From: Candidatus Cloacimonadota bacterium
GTDB taxonomy: Bacteria; Hydrothermota; E44-bin80
Reading direction: 5' to 3'
NCBI GenBank assembly: GCA_030633565.1
Contig: DAOVSH010000003.1
Coordinates: forward strand, 1-45,378
DNA: 45,378 bases
This document shows, in pieces, positions 26,617 through 36,172 of this stretch (positions within the stretch are counted from its first letter, which is position 1; every line of letters starts with the position of its first letter). Both the position numbers and the translations under genes were made by a program. Below the pieces are notes generated by a model. The model saw only the letters and a program-made list of their open reading frames with translations, did no database searches and was not told where the DNA came from.

Positions 26617-27367
26617 AACCTTAATTCTCAATACATTCAAGGAAGCTGTGCGTGGGAAAATATTTCTAATTATTCTTGGTTTTTCCATTGTTCTTCTTGT
26701 GGGTAGTAAAGTTCTTGTTCCGCTTTCCCTTGGCGAAGAAAGAAGAATTATAATGAACATAGGGCTTGGAAGCATTTCTATGTTTGGGATACTCCTTGCA
26801 ATTCTTATAGGTTCCCAGTTGGTATATAATGAATTAGAAAGAAAAACCATCTATTTTGTCCTCTCCAAACCTGTTAAGAGACAAACATTCATTTTTGGAA
26901 AATTTTTGGGGCTTTTACTAACGCTTTTAGTAGTTATTCTTATCCTATCATGTTGGTTTTATTTCGTACTTTTCTGGTTGACCCGTTTACACCCTTCGGT
27001 TTTACTCGTAGCAATTTTTTTTTCATTTCTTGAGATAATGATAATAACCGGGTTCTCGATATTTTTCTCAACCTTTACTTCTCCAACTTTATCATCAATA
27101 TTCACATTATTTTTCTTTATAATAGGTCGTTTAGCACCTGATATACAACTTCTTGCAAGTAAAATTAAAGAACCAGTTTCACATTTTCTCTTACAAATAG
27201 TATATTATATTATACCTAACCTGAGTAATTTTAATATCAGAGGTAAGGTGGTTTACGCGGAACCTGTTGGCTTGAATCATATTCTTTATTCCGTCTCATA
27301 TGCATTGATTTATACGATAATTCTTCTTGTTCTCTCCTGTGAAATATTCAGGAGAAAGGACCTCTGA
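26606..27367 (+). CDS. ABC-2 type permease (PilI-like)
   Basis: NTFKEAVRGK, ELERKTIYFVLSKPVKR, GKFLG, about 6 TM helices, FRRKDL end. Confidence 0.9.
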   Translation: MKIRTLILNTFKEAVRGKIFLIILGFSIVLLVGSKVLVPLSLGEERRIIMNIGLGSISMFGILLAILIGSQLVYNELERKTIYFVLSKPVKRQTFIFGKFLGLLLTLLVVILILSCWFYFVLFWLTRLHPSVLLVAIFFSFLEIMIITGFSIFFSTFTSPTLSSIFTLFFFIIGRLAPDIQLLASKIKEPVSHFLLQIVYYIIPNLSNFNIRGKVVYAEPVGLNHILYSVSYALIYTIILLVLSCEIFRRKDL

Positions 27368-28260
27368 TGCGTTTGCGAATAACAATAATTGTTGTTATAA
27401 TCGGATTTGTTCTTTTGTTTTTCATCCAGAATTCAATAGATAGAGAAAAAGGACGTTATATATTACTGAAAGAACTTCTCTATTTTCCATCAGGTAAATT
27501 TATAGAAGAGGTTTCAATTGGGTACAATGTCCTTGCCGCTGACCTCATCTGGCTTAGAGCAATTCAGTATTTTGGTGAACATCGTCTGACAGACCTAAAA
27601 TTTTTACACCTTTATCATATATTAAATGTTCTCACAACTCTTGATAAGAAATTTATACACGCATACACGTTTGGGGGGTTATTGTTAGAGCACTCTGCAA
27701 AAGAATCCACAAATGCAGACCTTCTACTTCACAAAGGAGAATTTAACAATCCGCAATCCTGGGAGATTCCGTTTATCAGAGGTTTTATATATTATATCTT
27801 TAGAGGTGAAAAGAAAATGGCAGTTATGTTTTTTCTTCGTGCATCTATAAAACCATCTGCACCTGATATGTGTAAAAGATTTGCAGGATTTACGTATCAG
27901 AAAATGGGTGACAAATATATGGCTCTAAAACTATGGCAGGATATTTACGAAAATTCAAACAACCCAATTGAAAAGGAGACTGCAATTCGTTATATGAAGG
28001 AAATGATTATGCTTATTCAGTTAGATGCTTTAAACTCATCATTTAAAAAGTATACGAAAGAAATGGGTATTCAACCCGCATCGATTCAAGACATGGTGAA
28101 TAATGGTTTTCTTGATAAGAAGCCTGAATCTTCATGGGAAGGTGAGTATTTCTATATCGATAAAGTGAAATGTCGTATATGGTGTAGTTATCTTGATAGG
28201 GTAAAGTCACCTATTCTTATGCGTATGCTTGAATCATCTGATTATAGCAATAGTTTATAG
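27367..28260 (+). CDS. Membrane-anchored TPR-like protein of pilin-associated ABC clusters (PilG/XapA-like)
   Basis: N-terminal TM; ADLIWLRAIQYFG motif; helical repeats; context. Confidence 0.7.
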   Translation: MRLRITIIVVIIGFVLLFFIQNSIDREKGRYILLKELLYFPSGKFIEEVSIGYNVLAADLIWLRAIQYFGEHRLTDLKFLHLYHILNVLTTLDKKFIHAYTFGGLLLEHSAKESTNADLLLHKGEFNNPQSWEIPFIRGFIYYIFRGEKKMAVMFFLRASIKPSAPDMCKRFAGFTYQKMGDKYMALKLWQDIYENSNNPIEKETAIRYMKEMIMLIQLDALNSSFKKYTKEMGIQPASIQDMVNNGFLDKKPESSWEGEYFYIDKVKCRIWCSYLDRVKSPILMRMLESSDYSNSL

Positions 28261-28344
28261 AAAATGGTAATTTTGAGCAATAGTATCCATGTGTTAAGGT
28301 ATTAAGATTTGACGGTTTAGAATTTTATGGGAGGGAGTTCTATT

Positions 28345-28896
28345 GTGGAACATGAAGGTTTCACCTTAATTGAGTTGATGATTGTAATAGTCATAATAGG
28401 TACGCTTGCTGTTATTGCCATTCCAAATTATATGAGTATGAGGAATAATGCAAGGGATGCAAGTGTTAAATCAAATATGCACACGCTGCACCTTGCAATA
28501 GAGGATTTCTCAACAATGTCAGGGGGACAATTTCCCGATAATCCAACGACCAGAGTGCGAGATATCCTCGCTCAGATGGGAATTGGTAGTACTAATAATG
28601 AGAGGATTGCAGACAATTGTCCCGGAACAGCAGTAACTGTAAATACAGGCGCGGGAACCGCTCTACTTCCAAGCAACAATACTTATAAGAATCCTTTTTT
28701 AGTCAATGCAAACTCTCTTGACATTAATAATGATCCTCTTAACCCACCTCCGCATGCTCCTGTCATGCCGAACGCATCAGGCCAGGGAACAGTTTACTAT
28801 ACACCTATTAATATTAATGGTTTTACAGCAGCGGGATTCAAAATTTTTGGAATTGGCTCGAAGATAATTCTTGATATTGTGTTGTATCCTGGTTGA
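28345..28896 (+). CDS. Second type IV pilin, paralog of 25069-25635
   Basis: EG|FTLIELMIVIVIIG; shares SNMHTL, EDFSTM, CPG, NPFL, PNASGQGTVY and ILD.VL.PG with pilin 1; start GTG 28345 (GGAGGGAG upstream) or ATG 28327. Confidence 0.88.
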   Translation: MEHEGFTLIELMIVIVIIGTLAVIAIPNYMSMRNNARDASVKSNMHTLHLAIEDFSTMSGGQFPDNPTTRVRDILAQMGIGSTNNERIADNCPGTAVTVNTGAGTALLPSNNTYKNPFLVNANSLDINNDPLNPPPHAPVMPNASGQGTVYYTPININGFTAAGFKIFGIGSKIILDIVLYPG

Positions 28897-28941
28897 TATT
28901 TTTTAATTTTTGTTACTATTTAAACCTGTTTAATAAAACAG

Positions 28942-29721
28942 ATGAATCTTTTTTCCTTTTTGTTGATTGATATCTCTCTCTTTTTTATTGGTCTATGCAT
29001 CGGGAGTTTTCTCAATGTTATCGTTTACAGGCTGCCACGGAATGAATCTGTAATTTTTCCGGCATCTCACTGCCCCTTCTGCAATCATAAGATTGCATTT
29101 TATGATAATATACCCATTTTAAGTTTTATGTTATTAAAAGGGAAGTGCAGGTACTGTAAGAGAAAGATTTCATTTCAGTATCCTGTTGTAGAATTTATTT
29201 CAGGGATAGTTCTTCCTCTCTCATTTTTTTTATACGGATTCAGCCTAACATTTTTTGTAACTTTCATTTTCTTGTATTTATTAATACCAATATTTTTGAT
29301 TGATATGAAGCACCAGGTAATTTCAGATAAAATAACAATTCCAGGTATTATTGCAGGTTTTATATTTTCTTTTTTCATCAAAGGAATACAGTGGTATGAT
29401 TCTTTGATTGGGATTGTAGTTGGTGGGGGTGTAATCCTTGTAACGGCAGTTGTTGGAAAATGGATTTTTAAGAAAGAGGCAATGGGGATGGGTGATGTAA
29501 TGCTTTTTATGATGATAGGTGCGTTCCTGGGTTGGAGAGGAGCACTTTTAACACTCATTTTAGCAAGCCTTCTTGGGAGTATTGTTGGTTCAATTATTGT
29601 TGCGAAAAGAAGAATAAAGGATACCGTTGTTCCCTTCGGACCATTTATCAGTATTGCTGCGGTGATTACTTACTTTTTTGGAAATTTTCTAATTGGGAAA
29701 TATCTTTCCCTCTTTCGATAA
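28942..29721 (+). CDS. pilD: Prepilin peptidase/N-methyltransferase
   Basis: GSFLNVIVYRLP, SHCPFC, DNIPILSF, GKCRYC, GMGD, PFGPFI. Confidence 0.96.
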   Translation: MNLFSFLLIDISLFFIGLCIGSFLNVIVYRLPRNESVIFPASHCPFCNHKIAFYDNIPILSFMLLKGKCRYCKRKISFQYPVVEFISGIVLPLSFFLYGFSLTFFVTFIFLYLLIPIFLIDMKHQVISDKITIPGIIAGFIFSFFIKGIQWYDSLIGIVVGGGVILVTAVVGKWIFKKEAMGMGDVMLFMMIGAFLGWRGALLTLILASLLGSIVGSIIVAKRRIKDTVVPFGPFISIAAVITYFFGNFLIGKYLSLFR

Positions 29722-29853
29722 AATTTATTAAAAGAATTGCTTGTTCAAGTACTTCCTATCTCTAACGGGCTTGATACCTTGATTGTTGAAAGGATGATTT
29801 GGTTACGGAAGCGAATATTTCGTTGAGTCCGTTTCGTGTATTGAGAATAATGC

Positions 29854-30468
29854 CTATTTGAGTTTGAATATTATAGGCATTGAAACCCATACCTTCACTG
29901 GTTTGTCACGTTGTTTTGCAGGATAGAACGTGGTTGCATAAGCTGTTTTGATAGCTGCTTCGTCAAGGTCTTTTGCCAATCCCTTCAAAACCTTAACTTT
30001 TAGAACTTTTCCGTCCTCATCGACGAGTAATTTAAGAATGACCGTGCCTTCTATACCCGCTTGTTTAGCGATTTCAGGATACTTTGGCTTTATAATGTTC
30101 TTAGGTCGTGGTGGTGTATCATATGCAACAAATTCAGGTGTATCCACTTTGGGTTGGATCGGTAGCTTATCAAAGGTTTCAAAATTTGCAGTTTTTTCTA
30201 TGGTCGCTTTCTGAATTTCTTCTTCGCTTTCTGCTTCAATTGGAAGTTGAGGTTTTATTTCTGGTGGAAGTTCCTCCACGTTTTCAATTTCTTCAGGATC
30301 TACCTCAATTTCTATTGGCTTTTCAATCCTGGGGACAAAAGGATGAAGTGAATAATGAGGAATCAGGTGGAAAAGCGCGATAAAGAAAAGTAAACTTAAT
30401 AAAAGAGAAATCCTGGAATATAGCTTTGAAGATTTTTTTAAATCAACCACTCCTGTACTTTTTTTCAT
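29854..30468 (-). CDS. tonB: Energy transducer TonB
   Basis: N-terminal TM with His; Pro/Glu-rich linker; PKYPEIAKQAGIEGTV, FYPAKQRDKPV; start at 30468 after AGGAGGTGA. Confidence 0.9.
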   Translation of the reverse strand: MKKSTGVVDLKKSSKLYSRISLLLSLLFFIALFHLIPHYSLHPFVPRIEKPIEIEVDPEEIENVEELPPEIKPQLPIEAESEEEIQKATIEKTANFETFDKLPIQPKVDTPEFVAYDTPPRPKNIIKPKYPEIAKQAGIEGTVILKLLVDEDGKVLKVKVLKGLAKDLDEAAIKTAYATTFYPAKQRDKPVKVWVSMPIIFKLK

Positions 30469-30492
30469 TTCTATCACCTCCTTCATCAGTAA

Positions 30493-30518
30493 TAGACAAT
30501 GTTGATATGAAAAGGTTC
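30493..30518 (-). promoter_or_regulatory. Putative ECF sigma (sigmaE-like) promoter of tonB
   Basis: Minus strand reads GAACC-N16-GTCTA just upstream of the RBS. Confidence 0.6.
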
Positions 30519-30599
30519 TGAAAAAAATAGAGATTTCTGAAAACTAAAAAATCTATGTCATCAGAGGTCTCAGGTTTTTCGGAGACCCTCTAAATTGAC

Positions 30600-30628
30600 T
30601 TGACAACGGCTATTTTATGTGTTAACTT
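30600..30628 (+). promoter_or_regulatory. sigma70 promoter directly abutting the lpxL-like start codon
   Basis: TTGACA-N17-TAACTT with TG; ATG 6 nt after the -10; no SD. Confidence 0.65.
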
Positions 30629-30634
30629 TTATAT

Positions 30635-31513
30635 ATGAAGAAAATTAGGCATGTATATATTTATAGTATTTTGAGATTTTTCCTTATATTTTTTAGAATT
30701 ATTCCACGGAGTCTCGCGCTTTTTTTGGGAGATATTGTTGGCGTTGTAATTTATAAGCTATCAAAAGAAGCAAGAAAGGTTTCTTTCTCAAACATAAAAT
30801 TTATTTTTCCTGATGTGAAAACTCACAGACGAAGAAGAGCTCTTGTGATTAACAATTTCAGGAAGATTGGCAGGAATTTTGCTGATGTCCTCAGACTTTC
30901 AAAAGTTACAAACAATAGCCTTGATAGAATTGTAAAGATTAAGAATGGTAGCAACATTAAGGAACTTTTAGACAAGGGAAAGGGGCTTATTGTTATTACT
31001 GCTCACCTTGGGTGCTGGGAACTCATCCCAGCATATTTTTCTCAAAAGGGTTATACTGTGAATGTCATTGCGAAAGAGGTTTATGATAAGAATGTAAACA
31101 GGGAAGTTAATCGTATCAGGAAATCATTTAATGTTAGGATAATAGATAAAGAAAGGGCTCCTATTGTTGCATTAAAGAAACTTCTTCGAGGTGAAGCAGT
31201 GGGCATTTTGATAGATCAGAACACGAAAACGAATAGCGTTTGTGTTGATTTCCTCGGGCATAAAGCGAATACCCCTATAGGACCTGCATATCTTGCTTTG
31301 AAAACAGGCGCACCTGTTATTCCGGTTGCTATTCACAGACTAAAAAATGATACTCATATGATAGAAGTTGGGAAAGAAGTGGTAATTACAAAAAGTGATG
31401 ATGAGAAAAAGGATATCTATGAAAACACGAGAAAATGTTCTAAGGCGATTGAACGATTCATAAATAGCTATCCTGAAGAATGGGTCTGGTTTCATAAAAG
31501 ATGGGATAACTAA
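30635..31513 (+). CDS. lpxL: Lipid A late acyltransferase (LpxL/HtrB family)
   Basis: TAHLGCWEL, ILIDQ, YPEEWVWFHKRW. Confidence 0.9.
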   Translation: MKKIRHVYIYSILRFFLIFFRIIPRSLALFLGDIVGVVIYKLSKEARKVSFSNIKFIFPDVKTHRRRRALVINNFRKIGRNFADVLRLSKVTNNSLDRIVKIKNGSNIKELLDKGKGLIVITAHLGCWELIPAYFSQKGYTVNVIAKEVYDKNVNREVNRIRKSFNVRIIDKERAPIVALKKLLRGEAVGILIDQNTKTNSVCVDFLGHKANTPIGPAYLALKTGAPVIPVAIHRLKNDTHMIEVGKEVVITKSDDEKKDIYENTRKCSKAIERFINSYPEEWVWFHKRWDN

Positions 31514-32037
31514 TGATGAAGATTTTTCTTTTAATCTGTTTAATGCTGATTATGCTTAACTGTCACAGGGATCAGGGTACTGATGATGATGGAATAATAC
31601 CTGAATACAAGGAGGGTGCTGAGAATTTTGTCCTTGTGGATACAAAGGAAGATAAAAAGAACTGGGTTCTTAGAGCAAAGCGAGCTGACAGTTATGACGA
31701 TTCAATAACGATTTATGATGTGACAGTTATATTTTATGATTCTTTTGGGATATATAGTTCCACCTTAACGTCTGATAGTGGAGTTATCTATTCAGGTAGT
31801 GAGGATATGACAGCAAAAGGGCATGTAAAAGTGGTTTCGAGAGACAGTACTGTTTTAAAAACTGGGTATTTAGACTGGAATAATAAAAGACAGAAGATCA
31901 TCACGGAAGATTTTGTCGAAATAACCCAAAAAGGTTCCGTTATTACAGGAAAGGGAATGGAGAGCAACCCAAATCTTGAACATGTAGAAATAAAAGAAAA
32001 TTTTAATGCTATCTCCCGCGATATAAAAGAAGATTAA
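31513..32037 (+). CDS. lptC: LPS export protein LptC
   Basis: LTSDSG, LKTGYLDWN, ITGKGMES; position upstream of lptA-lptB; possible lipobox MLNC. Confidence 0.85.
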   Translation: MMKIFLLICLMLIMLNCHRDQGTDDDGIIPEYKEGAENFVLVDTKEDKKNWVLRAKRADSYDDSITIYDVTVIFYDSFGIYSSTLTSDSGVIYSGSEDMTAKGHVKVVSRDSTVLKTGYLDWNNKRQKIITEDFVEITQKGSVITGKGMESNPNLEHVEIKENFNAISRDIKED

Positions 32038-32040
32038 GAG

Positions 32041-33012
32041 ATGAGTATGCTGATATTCTTACAAATTTTGAGTTCAATCTTTCTCCTAAAAGATCCAGAT
32101 GAATTGTTCACCAGAACTGACAGAGAACCATATATTATTGAAGCTGATAAGGTTATAATCGATGAAACGGGAGATGGAAGGATAAGCCACCTTATCGGAA
32201 GTTTAAAGATTACACATGGTAAGACAATAATAACAGGAGATGAGGGATTTGCGTATGAAAAAGAGCAGATGGCAGAAATATTAAAAAATGTTAAGATTGA
32301 TGATGAGGGAACGATCATAACGTCGGGAATTGCAAAATACTATAAAGAGGAGAGAAAGGCAGTTCTCAAAAATTCCGTTAAACTAATAGAGGGAAAGCAA
32401 ATCCTCAAAGCAGATTCACTTGTTTATTTTAAGGAGAAGAAAATTTCAAAAGCATTCGGTAATGTATCTCTTATTGATCTTGAACAAAAGACAGATGTAA
32501 CGGGTAATTACGGAGAGTACAGTTTTGTAAATGAGGAAGGTTTTATGACGGATAATCCAAAACTTACGTTGATAGAGAAAGACAATAAGATAACAATAAC
32601 AGGTGATACACTCAGAATGAAGAGGAAAGAGAATTTTATGTCTTGTAACGGTAATGTGAAAGTTAGTGAAGATAGTATCACAGCACGGGCAGGATATCTT
32701 GAGTATTATTCAGATGCCGAGAAAATTTATTTGCACACCGAACCCGTTATTGAACAAAAGGGAAAATCTACACTTACGGGGTTTTCAATAGAGATTTTTC
32801 TAAAGAAAAGAGAGATTGTTAAAACTATTGCCACTGTTGATGCAAAGGGCATTTACCAATTCTCGGATAGTGGAACGAATGATGTGATGGGTGATACTAT
32901 TATCATTTTTTTCACCGATGGAAAGGTTAAGAGAATTGTTGTACATGGGAATGCCAGTGGATTCTACAAAAAAGTATTGGCTGAAGGGAAAGAGGGAGAG
33001 AAACAAGAATGA
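32041..33012 (+). CDS. lptA: LptA/OstA-like beta-jellyroll protein (extended)
   Basis: Repeated OstA strands (ILKADSLVY, AFGNVSL, ITGDTL, GNVKV); between lptC and lptB. Confidence 0.75.
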   Translation: MSMLIFLQILSSIFLLKDPDELFTRTDREPYIIEADKVIIDETGDGRISHLIGSLKITHGKTIITGDEGFAYEKEQMAEILKNVKIDDEGTIITSGIAKYYKEERKAVLKNSVKLIEGKQILKADSLVYFKEKKISKAFGNVSLIDLEQKTDVTGNYGEYSFVNEEGFMTDNPKLTLIEKDNKITITGDTLRMKRKENFMSCNGNVKVSEDSITARAGYLEYYSDAEKIYLHTEPVIEQKGKSTLTGFSIEIFLKKREIVKTIATVDAKGIYQFSDSGTNDVMGDTIIIFFTDGKVKRIVVHGNASGFYKKVLAEGKEGEKQE

Positions 33013-33734
33013 TTAAAACATTAAGAGCAGAAAATCTTGTTAAAAGTTACATGGGAAGAAGGGTGGTGAATAAAGTCAATCTAACTGTCCATCAAAATGA
33101 AGTTGTGGGGTTACTTGGTCCGAATGGGGCTGGCAAAACGACATCATTTTACATGATTGTTGGAGTTATTCAGCCAGAGGAGGGTGATGTTTATTTTAAT
33201 GAAAAAAGAATTACTCTTTACCCAATGTTCAGAAGGGCAAGACTTGGTATTTCTTATCTTCCTCAGGAAGCATCAATATTTCGAAAATTAACGGTAGAAG
33301 AAAATATTCTTTCAATCCTTGAAATGGTTCGGTTGACAAAAAAAGAGAGAATGGAAAAATTAAATACATTACTTAGTGAATTAAAGATAGAAAGACTGGC
33401 AAAACAAAAGGCAAATACACTTTCAGGAGGAGAAAGGAGAAGAGCAGAAGTTGCGCGTGCTCTTGTTACAGATCCTTCATTTATTTTGCTCGATGAGCCT
33501 TTTACTGGTATTGATCCCATCGTACGGCAGGACATTCAAAATGTTATAAAACAGTTGAAAAAAAGAGGAATTGGTGTTTTAATCACAGATCACAATGTAC
33601 GAGAGACTCTTGAAATAACCGACAGAGCGTATATAATGTATGAGGGTAAAATACTCTTTCAGGGAACACCAGAAGAATTAACAGAAAATAAAGAAGCAAG
33701 AAAGGTTTATTTAGGAGAGAAATTTAGATTATGA
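33009..33734 (+). CDS. lptB: LPS export ABC ATPase
   Basis: GLLGPNGAGKTTSFYMIVG, YLPQEASIFRKLTVEEN, LSGGERRR, LITDHNVRETL. Confidence 0.97.
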   Translation: MIKTLRAENLVKSYMGRRVVNKVNLTVHQNEVVGLLGPNGAGKTTSFYMIVGVIQPEEGDVYFNEKRITLYPMFRRARLGISYLPQEASIFRKLTVEENILSILEMVRLTKKERMEKLNTLLSELKIERLAKQKANTLSGGERRRAEVARALVTDPSFILLDEPFTGIDPIVRQDIQNVIKQLKKRGIGVLITDHNVRETLEITDRAYIMYEGKILFQGTPEELTENKEARKVYLGEKFRL

Positions 33735-35122
33735 AAGAATTAAGAATAGAACTCCGTGTAACATTGAAACAAACTCTTACCCCTCAACTTTATCAACTGC
33801 TAAAACTGCTCCAAATGCCTTATATTGAATTAGAACAGACTGTAAGGAACGAACTTGTGAAAAATCCTCTTCTCGAGGAAAGACAGGAAGTGGATGAAGA
33901 ACAGGAAGCACCTCCTCGCCAGGAAAAAGAGATAAAGAAAGAGGTCAGAGAAATTGACTGGGCAGAGTATTTTCAAGGAGAGCGCGAATATTATTACAAA
34001 CCCTTCCAAACCGCGCGGGATGAACTACCTGAGAGGGTGCCTGTTTCGCACCCTACAATACGTGACCATTTACTTGAACAACTCCATTTGAATACAAGAA
34101 GTAACAAGACAAGAATAATAGGGGAATACATAATAGATTCACTTGATGATGACGGTTTTCTTGATGCAGATGTAAAGGAAATAGCAGAGGTACTCAATGT
34201 TTTAGAATCCGATGTTACCGATACACTCAAATTCATTCAAACTTTTGATCCCCCTGGAGTGGGTTCGAGAACAGTTTCTGAATGTCTCACCATTCAACTG
34301 TATCAGAATGGATACGGTGAGGATTCAGTGGAAGTAAAGATTGTAAAGGATTTTCTTAAGGAAGTAGGTTCTAAACAATTCTATAAGATAAAAAGGAAAC
34401 TTGGTGTTTCTGAAATCAGAATAAAAGAAGCAATTGGAATAATCTCCTCTCTCAATCCAAAGCCATTTCGGGGATTAGGAGGAAGTGAAATACGATACAT
34501 CATTCCTGATATTCTTGTTAGGGAAATTGATGATGGTTATGATGTGATAATTAACGAGACCACGCTTCCTACCTTAAGGATTAACTCATACTATAAGGAA
34601 ATCTTAAATGAAAAAGCGAGTTTATTAAAGGAAGAAAAGGAGTTTATAAATCAAAAGTTAAATTCTGCACTCAATTTGATGAGAGGGTTGGAAGAAAGGA
34701 GACGATCGATCCTAAAGGTTACCAGGTATATTGTTAAAAAACAAAAAGCCTTTTTTGATGAAGGAATTTCAAAACTTTCTCCTCTTACAATGCAGAGAGT
34801 TGCTGAAACAGTTGGGCTTCATGAGTCGACTGTCAGCAGGATCGTACAAGGTAAATATATTGACACACCAAGGGGACTTTATAAATTAAAATTCTTCTTC
34901 AGCGGGAGTATTTCGACTGAAAACAATGAAGATATTTCAACAAGAAGTGTAAAAGAAAAGATAAAGATATTTGTGGAGAACGAGGATAAAAAGCGTCCCT
35001 TACAGGATAAAGAAATTGTTGAGGTTCTTGGAAAAGAGGGAATACACATAGCAAGAAGAACTGTTGCAAAATATAGAACACAGCTTTCGATACTGCCTGC
35101 TCGCTTAAGGAGAGAGGGTTAG
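33731..35122 (+). CDS. rpoN: RNA polymerase sigma-54 factor
   Basis: Q/L-rich region I, FDPPGVG, LHESTVSR, RpoN box ARRTVAKYR. Confidence 0.98.
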   Translation: MKELRIELRVTLKQTLTPQLYQLLKLLQMPYIELEQTVRNELVKNPLLEERQEVDEEQEAPPRQEKEIKKEVREIDWAEYFQGEREYYYKPFQTARDELPERVPVSHPTIRDHLLEQLHLNTRSNKTRIIGEYIIDSLDDDGFLDADVKEIAEVLNVLESDVTDTLKFIQTFDPPGVGSRTVSECLTIQLYQNGYGEDSVEVKIVKDFLKEVGSKQFYKIKRKLGVSEIRIKEAIGIISSLNPKPFRGLGGSEIRYIIPDILVREIDDGYDVIINETTLPTLRINSYYKEILNEKASLLKEEKEFINQKLNSALNLMRGLEERRRSILKVTRYIVKKQKAFFDEGISKLSPLTMQRVAETVGLHESTVSRIVQGKYIDTPRGLYKLKFFFSGSISTENNEDISTRSVKEKIKIFVENEDKKRPLQDKEIVEVLGKEGIHIARRTVAKYRTQLSILPARLRREG

Positions 35123-35140
35123 GGTAAATTTCAAGTTTCA

Positions 35141-36164
35141 AGGGACGGAGGCTGTAAACTTGTAAACTTTTTTAATAAATTAAAATGAGAACAGCTAGAT
35201 TTACATATAAATACGCATATCATCACTTAATGAGTCGTGGACTGAACAAAAATGATATTTTTATAAATAATCATGACAGAGAGAGATTTTTATGGTTATT
35301 AGGTAAAAAAGCACAGCTTTATAAAATTGATATTTTCGCATATTGTCTTATGCGGAATCATTTTCATATTGTTTTATGTAATTCTTCCGGGAGAATGAAT
35401 TATATGATGAGAGATTTAAATGGAGGTTATGCGAGCTATTTCCGTAAAAAGCATGGGGGAGTTGGATATCTTTTTCAGGATAGATATAAATCAACACTTA
35501 TTGAAAACGAAGGCTATCTTTATAAAGTTATTCAATATACTCTTGTGAATCCATACGTTGCGGGGTTTGTTGAGAATCCTTTTGATTATGAGTGGTCAAG
35601 CATAAATAGTTATTTTAGTTTAGGTAATTCTTTTATAAATGTTTCCTTAGTGCGAGAAATGTTTGATAATGAAGATGATTATATTATGTCGATATTAGAG
35701 AGTAAAAGAATAATAATTGAACCAAAAAAATGTAGGTTTGGTGATTATATTGGAAATATATCTTTTGAAAAGATAATTGAGGAGAAGTTTGACAGAAGAA
35801 AAAATGTTTCTAAGGAACATCCCAATATGAGAAGAAAGAAAGAAGCGAAAGAGTTTGAATTCATATCTCCTAATTTTATTATAGAAACATTTAAAATTTT
35901 TTATAATATTAAAGATTTTGAAAAATTTATTTGTAAACGTTCTTATGGTGTATCAAGAAAGATTGATACACTTATAAGATTGTTAAAAGAGCGGTGTGGG
36001 TTAACTTATAAAGAAATATCATTGTTTCTTGGTTTAAGGTACAATTCATTGCCTCATAGATACAGTAGGTCTGATAGGTGGAGTATACCTCAGGAATTAT
36101 TAAAAAACATAAATAGATGTAAAAAATGAATATAAAAGTTTACAAGTTTACAGCCTCCGTCCCT
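35141..36164. mobile_element. 1024-bp Y1/HUH transposase element bounded by perfect 31-bp inverted repeats
   Basis: AGGGACGGAGGCTGTAAACTTGTAAACTTTT (35141-35171) and its exact reverse complement (36134-36164); AT-rich interior; no target duplication seen. Confidence 0.88.
35185..36129 (+). CDS. Y1_Tnp (RAYT-like) HUH transposase with a C-terminal HTH-like extension
   Basis: YHHLMSRG, AYCLMRNHFH (HUH), GYLFQDRYKS, catalytic YTLVNP, YEWSS; C-terminal GLTYKEISLFLG. Confidence 0.92.
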   Translation: MRTARFTYKYAYHHLMSRGLNKNDIFINNHDRERFLWLLGKKAQLYKIDIFAYCLMRNHFHIVLCNSSGRMNYMMRDLNGGYASYFRKKHGGVGYLFQDRYKSTLIENEGYLYKVIQYTLVNPYVAGFVENPFDYEWSSINSYFSLGNSFINVSLVREMFDNEDDYIMSILESKRIIIEPKKCRFGDYIGNISFEKIIEEKFDRRKNVSKEHPNMRRKKEAKEFEFISPNFIIETFKIFYNIKDFEKFICKRSYGVSRKIDTLIRLLKERCGLTYKEISLFLGLRYNSLPHRYSRSDRWSIPQELLKNINRCKK

Positions 36165-36172
36165 ATGGGTTT

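Noticed and set aside
25069-28896. Pilins as electrically conductive e-pili
   Set aside because: Long pilins; positions 27 and 32 of mature pilin 1 are Met and Arg rather than aromatic
29722-29853. ncRNA between convergent pilD and tonB
   Set aside because: Only a modest hairpin (ACGGA-AGCGAA...TTCGTT-GAG-TCCGT); no promoter or family signature
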